Source: the human T2T-CHM13v2.0 reference genome, Homo sapiens
NCBI GenBank assembly: GCA_009914755.4
Contig: CP086569.2
Span: forward strand, 4,544,001 to 4,608,000
Length of the DNA: 64,000 nucleotides
Reading direction: 5' to 3'
Of the stretch, positions 56,576-64,000 are shown piece by piece. Position numbers and translations under genes: made by a program. Under the pieces are notes generated by a model. It was not told the DNA's origin and ran no database searches. It worked only from the letters and a program-made list of their open reading frames with translations. Each line of letters begins with the position of its first letter. Within the stretch, counting starts at the first letter, position 1.

Positions 56576-58559
56576 TTCTTGCAACTTCCAAAAAAAAATT
56601 TTTTTTTAGAAATAATTCATTATTTTTTGTTTCATTAGATATTCTTGTAAAGTCTTGATGGTAAATCTGAATGATCAAAAACTAAGAGCCAAATAGTGGG
56701 TTGTTGTTACATATGGTTAAAGTTCATTTAGCCCTAAAATAATGGGAACAAGAGAATAATGACCAGAGGAGGGACATTGGGGAGGTGATGAGTATAGTAG
56801 GAATCTCTAGCAGTCTTGCAGACATCATGTGAATTTTTCAAATCTGATACTCTCTTGTTTTAAGATAGCCAGATGAAAAGTCGATTCAATGGAGAAAAAA
56901 GAGGGGTTTGGCATGAAGTTTCCTAAGTACAGCCAGGCCAAAGAATGTAATGTATAGAAAAAGCCACAGTAGAGTTTATGGGAATTAAAGCAAGGGAAAC
57001 CAACTAAATTAATCTGTAGTCTTCATTCGACAATCTCACATACCTGTTTCCCTCACATATATACTCATTCTTAAATTCACTGTTATGACCACATTAGAAC
57101 TCAACTTCAAATTTGTGTTATTAATCTTTTTTATAAAGCATTTCCAAGTAGATTTACTTAACATTATCTAATATCTTGCAAGTGTATGGCAGTATTATTT
57201 TCAGCAATATGGAAAATGATGAAAATACTGGTTACTGCAATAGATTATGTTGCAGAAAATAATGCAAGAGCCTGTGAAATTCCTTGGACATGTGACACAT
57301 TATACATAAACCAGTCAATGATCTAGGGAATTATAGTGAACTCTGGTCATTCAGGTGAAGTAACATAAGAGCACAAAACATTTCTAGTTTCAATCCTGCT
57401 TCGTATCATTTACACTCACCAAGCATCAATTTCCTCTTCCATAAAATTTAGATACTAAAATTTTTGTCTTCCATAGGGCAGTTATGAGGATCTCATAAAA
57501 CAATAAATACATAGGAGTATTCTTCAAAGAACAATGTATTACAGGGATGCTAGTTATTTCTGTTAACCCAGCAACTCGAATTACCCAGGAATCCTGATTA
57601 ATGCTATGGCATATAAATTGGGAGACTCTCAAGATTCTCTAAAATCAGTTTTAAAATGTAAAATGTATGCTTTACTGGAACACATTTATCTCAAGAAAGA
57701 GCATCATAGCAATTTGAATATGTAATCTAGTATTAAAAAAACATTTGTAGCAAATTATATCCACTGTAAAGAAAATTATTACAGGACACACATGATCTGG
57801 ACTTAGTGCTTAAGGAGGTAATAGATAAGTAAGGAGATATGAAGAATAGAAAAAAAATTCTACTTTTATTTTTGAATACGTAGCTGTATTTCTGAGGTTG
57901 AGTCTGAGTTAACCTACCCGTATAACCGTTTCTTCTATCTCTTCTTTAACTAACATAGATCATCCTCTCAGTGCATCTTTTAGCCTAGAGAAAAGCTAGG
58001 TTGGGATTTATGGAAGGAACAAGAACAAAATAAAACCATATCTGCTCTATTTTTCCATATCAATTGATTTCAGAGTGTACTTCATTCTCAACAAATGAAA
58101 AAAAAAAAAAACAAGAATTTCCCTTCATGGTTTATTCTACTGGTTTAGAGGTAACTGTAATTAACTTTCTGCAAACTCCTCACTTAGCAAAAATGCATTA
58201 CCTTTCAAATTATTTGTATTGTAGATACAATACAAATCACTACTAAAAACTGATCTTGATTGATAGACCCCATAGTTGGATATTTGGAAATAAAATGGAA
58301 ACTGAGACACAGGAGAGACATATCTGAAATTAAAATGTAAGAAGTATCAGAAAATACATTGCTAATGAAGTAAGGTTTCCTAATGGTGTTTTTTCATTAA
58401 AAATACTCTTCCTGTTTTACATGAACCATAGCTTGGGTTTGCTAAAAGACGCCATGATAAATAATTAAACATGGAAATCCTGAATATCCACACTAAGGAA
58501 AATAAAACTTCCACATGCAATAACTAATGAGTATTGTAAATGTAAAATCAAGGCCCTAG

Positions 58560-58880
58560 TGTAAATTTTATAACAAATACATGAAATAATATAGTGAAAT
58601 TTTAATTTATGTAATTATTATATATAAGCTGTATTGTTATATATATTTTATATACATGTAATGAAAGTCATGGTTAAATAATCTAGTATATTTAAGTTTA
58701 TGGATTTAAATTTAAATTTATTAAATTTAATTGTATTAAATTTAATTTTTATTAATTTAAATTTAAATGGCTTAAAACACATTGAGTTGTTTTATATATT
58801 TTATACAACAAATATATCTAAACTAAATATTAAAAATTATTAAATGCTTTAATGGACAAATAAATGACAGATAATTTAAA
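58560..58880. repeat. AT-rich low-complexity region built from 'aatttaaat/ttaaattta' motifs
   Basis: 'ttatggatttaaatttaaatttattaaatttaattgtattaaatttaatttttattaatttaaatttaaatggc'. Confidence 0.7.
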
Positions 58881-61454
58881 ATGTTATTTGTTTTTCTTTC
58901 AAGATGGCACATTAGAGGCTTTTAGCTTGCCTCAGCCACTTGGAAATACCAAGAGAGTTCATAAAGATAAACACTGTGTGCTTTAATACAAGAAGGGAAA
59001 TGGGAGTACACCAGAGTCATGAAGGACACCCCAAATCCTGGGGATGAGATCATGGGAAAACAGCCCCTCTGTCAATGTCTGGCTGATAAAAGTGAGTGAA
59101 GCCCCAGTACATGAGAGAGGCAGAAGCCTCCCTCTTTGACTCACCTTTCCTCGGGGGAATCTGAGCAACCTAGGCCAAAGAGCACCCTTTTTTTTCTCCC
59201 AAGTCTTGGAACTAACTTGGCGAGAGGCATAAAGACGCTGTGAGAGAAAGACACTAGGAAAAGCTGCACTCATTTTCCAAGACCCAGAGCTGAGATCAGG
59301 ATGGCATTTTTAATCCGGGCTCATGCAAAGTCAGCCATTCTGTGGCAACCCAGAAGCGTGGCCGTGTAGACATTTTAGTTTCAGGCCAGAGTTTGGAGGG
59401 CCTGCTCTGGTGTAGGGTAGGGGCCTCCTCAGCCAGAACTGTGGAAACTGCCTCAGCATCAGGTGCTGGAATTGTGCTCTCCCCTATTGCATACTTTGAG
59501 TGGGAGGAGAGCTGCTACAGCTGCAATTTCTCCTGGACAATGATAATTACATCCAGGGCCAGCTTGGCAACCTGGAACCAATATGTGTGTGTCATTGCTG
59601 GGTATCCCATCCTGCTCCCCTGAACTTGCGGTACAGAAAAACCCTCTCTGCTTCACCCACAAACAGAAATCCAGACTCTCAAATCACCCACTTTCCTGGA
59701 CCAACAGCCTGAGCTGCCCCGCTTTTCATGGACATAGATTGCGGTTCAGCGAGCCCCTCTCTGCTTCAAAACTAGGTACATCTCCAGGTATGCATAGCAC
59801 CTGCTCACCTGGATCAGCAACCTGAATTGCTCCACCCTTCCGGTGCATAGATTGTGGTGCAGCAGGGCCCTCTGGGCTCTGTGCCCAGGCACATCTCCAG
59901 GCATTCAGAGCACCTACTTGTTTGGTTCAGCATCCTGAGTTTCTCCTCACTTCTGTGCAGAGATCTTGGTGCAGAGAATCCTCTCAACTTCATGTCCAAG
60001 CAAATCTCCAGGCATATGGAACATCCACCCTCCTGGAGTAGGAGTTTAGGATACCCCTATCCTTGTGCAGATATCTTGAGATTAGGGAGGTTTCCCAGCT
60101 TCATACCTAGACACATCTCTGGGCACTTGGTGGCTGCCCAGTGGATTCTCATTCAGTACTAGTGCTTGTCCCTCCCATCAGGACACCAGTACGTGGACCT
60201 GCCCAGTCTGACCCCATCAATCTTGCCCCCCCAACCCTCTGGAGTTAAGAAGTAAGCTCAGACGGCTGTGCACTCTAAGAATCAGCCATTGCCTGAGGCG
60301 ACAGAGAGGTTCTATCAGTAAACAAGGATCAAGTATATACCCAGCCACATCGGCCAGTGTGGGCTCTTACCCAGAAACGTCACCTACTGGCTTATTGGTC
60401 AAACTGCACAGTCCAATATAAAACCTGCTGACAGAATTGCATGAGGCTACGGAAGCAAAGCCAAAACACACTACCCAGCATTCTCTACAGTCACATCCCC
60501 AAGGGAGAGGGAGAAAGAGAAACTGAAAAAAGAAAAAAACAATAATATTATAGGGAAAAAGAGAAAAATCCTACCTGCACAAAAATAACTTCAAAAAGTA
60601 GAAGTGTCAGCATCTTCAGATCAGAAAGAACCAGTGCAAGAATTCTGGCACCATAAAAATATGTGAATACACTAATACCACCAAGGGCTCACACTAGCTC
60701 TCCAGCAATAATTCCTAACCAAAATATAAATGCAGAAATGACAAATAAAAGACTCAAAGCATGGATTGTAAGGAAACTCAATGAGATCCAAGATAAGGTT
60801 GAAAATCAACACAAAGCAACTTCTAAAGCAATCCATGAAATGAAGGAATAGATATAAATCTTAAAAAGAAATCAATCAAAGCTTCTGGAATTGAAAAGCT
60901 CACTTAAAATTTCAAAATACAATTGAAAGGTTTATCAATAGACTGGAACAAGTAGAAGAAATAATTTCAGAACTTGAAGCCTAGTCTTTCAAACTAACCC
61001 AATCTGACAAAAATAAAGAAAAATGGAATTTTTGAAAATGAACAAAGTCTTTGAGAAATATGGGATTATGTAAAGTGGCCAAATCTACAAATGGTTGGCA
61101 TTCCTGAGAGAGAAGGAGAAAAAGAAAACAAACAACCTGGAAACATGTTTGAGAGAATAATTCAAGAAAAGTTTCCTAATCTTTCTTGAGAGGCAGACAT
61201 CAAGATACAAAAAATTCAGAGAACACCTGTGAGATACTATACAAAACAAACATCGCCAAGGCATATAGTCATCAGACTATCCTAGGTCAATGCTAAAGAA
61301 AAAATCTTGAAGGTAGCTAGAAGAAAAGGTCAGATCATATGCAATAGGAATCCCATCAGGCTAGCAGCAGACTTCTCAACAGAATCCTTGTAAGCCGAGA
61401 GAGATTGAGGGCCTATTTTCAGCATTCTTAAAGAAAAGAAAATCCAACCAAGAA

Positions 61455-61749
61455 TTTTTTTTTTTTTGAGATGGAGTCTCGCTCTGTTGCCCAGGCTGGA
61501 GTGCAGTGGTGCAATCTCGAGCTCACTGTAAACTCCACCTCCTGGGTTCACGCCATTCTCCTGCCTCAGCCTCCCAAGTAATTGGGACTACAGGCACCCG
61601 CCACCACACCCAGCTAATTTTTTGTATTTTTAGTAGAGATGGGGTTTCACCGTGTTAGCCAGGATGGTCTCGATCTCCTGATCTCATGATCCGCCCGCCT
61701 CGGCCTCCCAAAGTGCTGGGATTACAGGCGTGAGCCACCACGCCCGGCC
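61455..61749 (-). mobile_element. Alu (AluS/Y-like) inserted into old L1 ORF1 region; TSD 'ccaaccaagaattt'
   Basis: Poly-T, then 'gagatggagtctcgctctgttgcccaggctggagtgcagtggtgcaatctcgagctcactgtaaactccacctcctgggttcacgccattctcctgcctcagcctcccaagtaattgggactacaggcacccgccaccacacccagctaattttttgtatttttagtagagatggggtttcaccgtgttagccaggatggtctcgatctcctgatctcatgatccgcccgcctcggcctcccaaagtgctgggattacaggcgtgagccaccacgcccggcc'. The same 14-mer occurs on both flanks. Confidence 0.92.
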
Positions 61750-62178
61750 CAACCAAGAATTTTATATTCTGCCAAACTTAGCTTTATAAGGAAATAAGAA
61801 ATAAAATATTTTCCAGACAAGCAAGTGCTAAGGAATTTGTTATCACTAAACCAATCTTATAGAGATCCTTATAAAAGTTCTAAACACTGAAATGAAAGAA
61901 TAATACCTGCTACCAAGAAAACACACTTCAGTACATAGCCCACAGATCCTATAAAGCAACTATACAATAGAAACTACAAAGATACCAACTAACAACTTCA
62001 CAACAAGATCAAAATCTCACATATCAACATTAACCTTGAATATAAATGGTCTAAACATCCCAAGTAAAACGCACAGAGTGTCAAGTTAAATTTAAAAAAA
62101 ATGACCCATTCATCTTCTCTCTTCAAAAGATGGACCTCACACATAACAACACACACAGACTCAAAGTAAAGGGTTGGA

Positions 62179-62265
62179 GCACATGTATACATATGTAACA
62201 AACCTGCACATTGTGCACATGTACCCTAGAACTTAAAGTATAATAAAAAAAAGGGTTGGAGAAAA
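62179..62265 (+). mobile_element. Mini L1 insertion (only ~65 bp of the L1 3' end plus a short A-tail) with TSD 'gggttggag'
   Basis: 'aaagggttggag|cacatgtatacatatgtaacaaacctgcacattgtgcacatgtaccctagaacttaaagtataataaaaaaaa|gggttggagaaaaatcg'. The host L1 ORF2 sequence is continuous across the insert once one TSD copy is removed. Confidence 0.85.
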
Positions 62266-62317
62266 ATCGATACATGCAAATAGAATACATAAAAAAGTAG
62301 GAATCACTATTCTTCTT

Positions 62318-62628
62318 CTTTTTTTTTTTTTTTTTTTTTGAGACGGAGTTTCACTCTTGTTGCCCTAGTTGGAGTGCAGTGGCACGATCTCAGCTCACTG
62401 CAACCTCCACCTCCTGGGTTCAAGTGATTGTCCTGCCTCAGGCCTCTCAAGTAGCTGGGATTACAGGAGCCCACCACCATGCCCAACCAATTTTTTTTTG
62501 TATTTTTAGTAGAGATGGGGTTTCATCATGTTGGCCAGTTTGGTCTCGAACTCCTGACCTCAGGTAATCCACCTGCCTCAGCCTCCCAAAGTGCTGGGAT
62601 TACAGGCACAAGCTACTGCGCCCAGCCT
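62318..62628 (-). mobile_element. Alu (AluS-like) inserted into old L1 ORF2 region; TSD 'aatcactattctt'
   Basis: Poly-T, then 'gagacggagtttcactcttgttgccctagttggagtgcagtggcacgatctcagctcactgcaacctccacctcctgggttcaagtgattgtcctgcctcaggcctctcaagtagctgggattacaggagcccaccaccatgcccaaccaatttttttttgtatttttagtagagatggggtttcatcatgttggccagtttggtctcgaactcctgacctcaggtaatccacctgcctcagcctcccaaagtgctgggattacaggcacaagctactgcgcccagcc'. The 13-mer is duplicated on both flanks. Confidence 0.92.
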
Positions 62629-64000
62629 GAATCACTATTCTTATAACAGATAAAACACAATTTAAACTAACAACAGTAAAAAAGGACAAAGAAGAGCATA
62701 CATAATGATAAAGGGTTTAATCCAACAAGAAGAATCAACTATCCTTAATATATATGCACTTAACATTGGAGCAACCAGATTCATAAAACAAGTACTTCTA
62801 GACCTACAAAAAGACCTAGACAGCCACATAACAATAGTGTGGAACTTCACCATACCACTGACAGCCTCAGACAGATCATAAAGGCAGAAAACTAACAGAG
62901 AAATTCTGGACTGAAATTCAACACTTGACCAATTGGACCTAATAGAAATCTATAGAATATTCCACTCATTTACTACAGAATGTACATTATTCTCATATGC
63001 ACATGGCGCATACTCCAATACAGACAACATGCTCAGCCATAAAGCGAGCCTTAGTAAATTCAAAAAACTTGAAGTAGTACCAACCATTGTCTTGGACCAC
63101 AGTGGAATAAAGACAAAATGCAATACAAAGAAGATCTTTCAAAACTACACAATTACATGAAAATTAAACACTTTGCTCCTGAATGACTTTTGGGTAAACA
63201 ATGAAATTGAGGCATAAACCAAAAAATTATTTGAAATAAATGAAAACAGAGACACAACATACAAAACGTCAGGGATGCAGCAAAAGGAATGTTGAGAGGA
63301 AAATGTATAGTGCTAAATGCCTACCATAGAAAAAATATCTTGAATTAATTATCTATTATCACACCTGTAGGAAGTAGAAAAACAAGAACAAACTAACTTC
63401 AAAGATAGCAGAAGAAAGGAAATAACTAAAATCAGAGCAGAACTGAACAACATTGAGACCCTAAAATCCTTACAAAGCATCAAAGGAACCAAAAGTTGAT
63501 TATTTGAAGAGATCATCAGCACCAATTGACTGCTAGTTAAATTAACAGAGAGAGGGGAAGAGACAGAGAGAGAGATAATCCAAATAAACACAATCAGAAA
63601 TGACAAAGGAAACATTACAACTGATCCCACAGCAATACAAAAGATCTTCAGAGACAGTTATGAACACTTCTATGCACACATACTACCAAATCTAGAGGAA
63701 ACAGATAAATTCTTGGAAACAAATAATCTCCCAAGATTAAATCAGAAAAAAAAATTGAAACACTGAACAGCCTACTAGGATGCTCCAAAATTGAATCAGG
63801 AATAAAGAACCTATGAATCAAAAAAGTCTTGGATCAGATGAAATCACAGCTGAATTCTACCAGATGTACAAAGAAAAGCTGGTACCAAAATAATTGAGGA
63901 AGAGGAACTCCTTTCTAACTCATTCTATGAAGCCAGCATCACTCTCATACAAAACCTGGCAAAGACACAATGAAAAATGGAAAACTATGGGACAATATCC

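Larger units (their letters stand above)
58900..64000 (+). mobile_element. Old L1 (L1PA-old/L1PB/L1MA-class), 5' UTR through ORF2, running off the window end. It carries two later Alu insertions and one mini-L1 insertion. The 5' UTR contains a ~105-bp tandem repeat array
   Basis: The 5' end 'caagatggcacattagaggc' (~58903) is L1-start-like. The ORF1-like region 60.6-61.45 kb reads '...LQEIWDYVKWPNLQMVGIPEREGEKE...FPNL..ADIKIQKIQRTPVRYY..TSPRHIVIRLS..EKILKVARRKGQI...' when translated in pieces. ORF2 EN/RT-like sequence from ~61.98 kb includes 'ctcacatatcaacattaaccttgaatataaatggtctaaacatcccaagtaaaacgcacagagtg' and 'gaattctaccagatgtacaaagaaaagctggtaccaa'. Confidence 0.8.

Noticed and set aside
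58560-58880. AT-rich 'aatttaaat' repeats considered as a satellite array
   Set aside because: The repeat units are irregular and short-range (low complexity), with no consistent monomer length. It is most likely AT-rich simple sequence adjacent to the L1 5' end.

Overview
This window is primate (almost certainly human or great-ape) nuclear DNA. It is dominated by interspersed repeats: L1 LINEs, Alu SINEs, THE1/MST-type MaLR LTR elements, a Tigger (pogo-like) DNA transposon, a small MITE-like DNA element and several microsatellites. I found no convincing host protein-coding exon, rRNA, tRNA or CRISPR array. The longer ORFs in the supplied track are remnants of L1 ORF1/ORF2 and of a Tigger transposase, or read-through of Alu and low-complexity sequence. 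Nothing here looks like a prokaryotic-style defence or metabolic system. That hypothesis is rejected on direct sequence grounds: Alu/L1/MaLR consensus matches, poly-A tails and target-site duplications.

The main architecture is as follows.
- 1861-8096, + strand: a full-length young L1 (L1PA2/3-like) with an exact 12-bp target-site duplication (TSD) but nonsense- and frameshift-inactivated ORFs.
- ~18.4-28.2 kb, - strand: an older full-length L1 riddled with nested insertions, namely a solo MaLR LTR, a complete LTR-internal-LTR THE1/MST element, and an Alu fragment.
- 30.5-31.8 kb: an Alu insertion hotspot with an Alu-in-Alu nest plus an inverted AluY pair.
- 31.8-33.2 kb: head-to-head L1 3' ends.
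- 48.64-51.46 kb, - strand: a young 5'-truncated L1 with a TSD and a 16-bp inverted junction.
- 51.9-52.6 kb: a ~315-bp tandem duplication.
- 58.9 kb to the window end, + strand: an old L1 carrying two Alu inserts and one mini-L1 insert.

All coordinates are from manual reading and may be off by a few bases.
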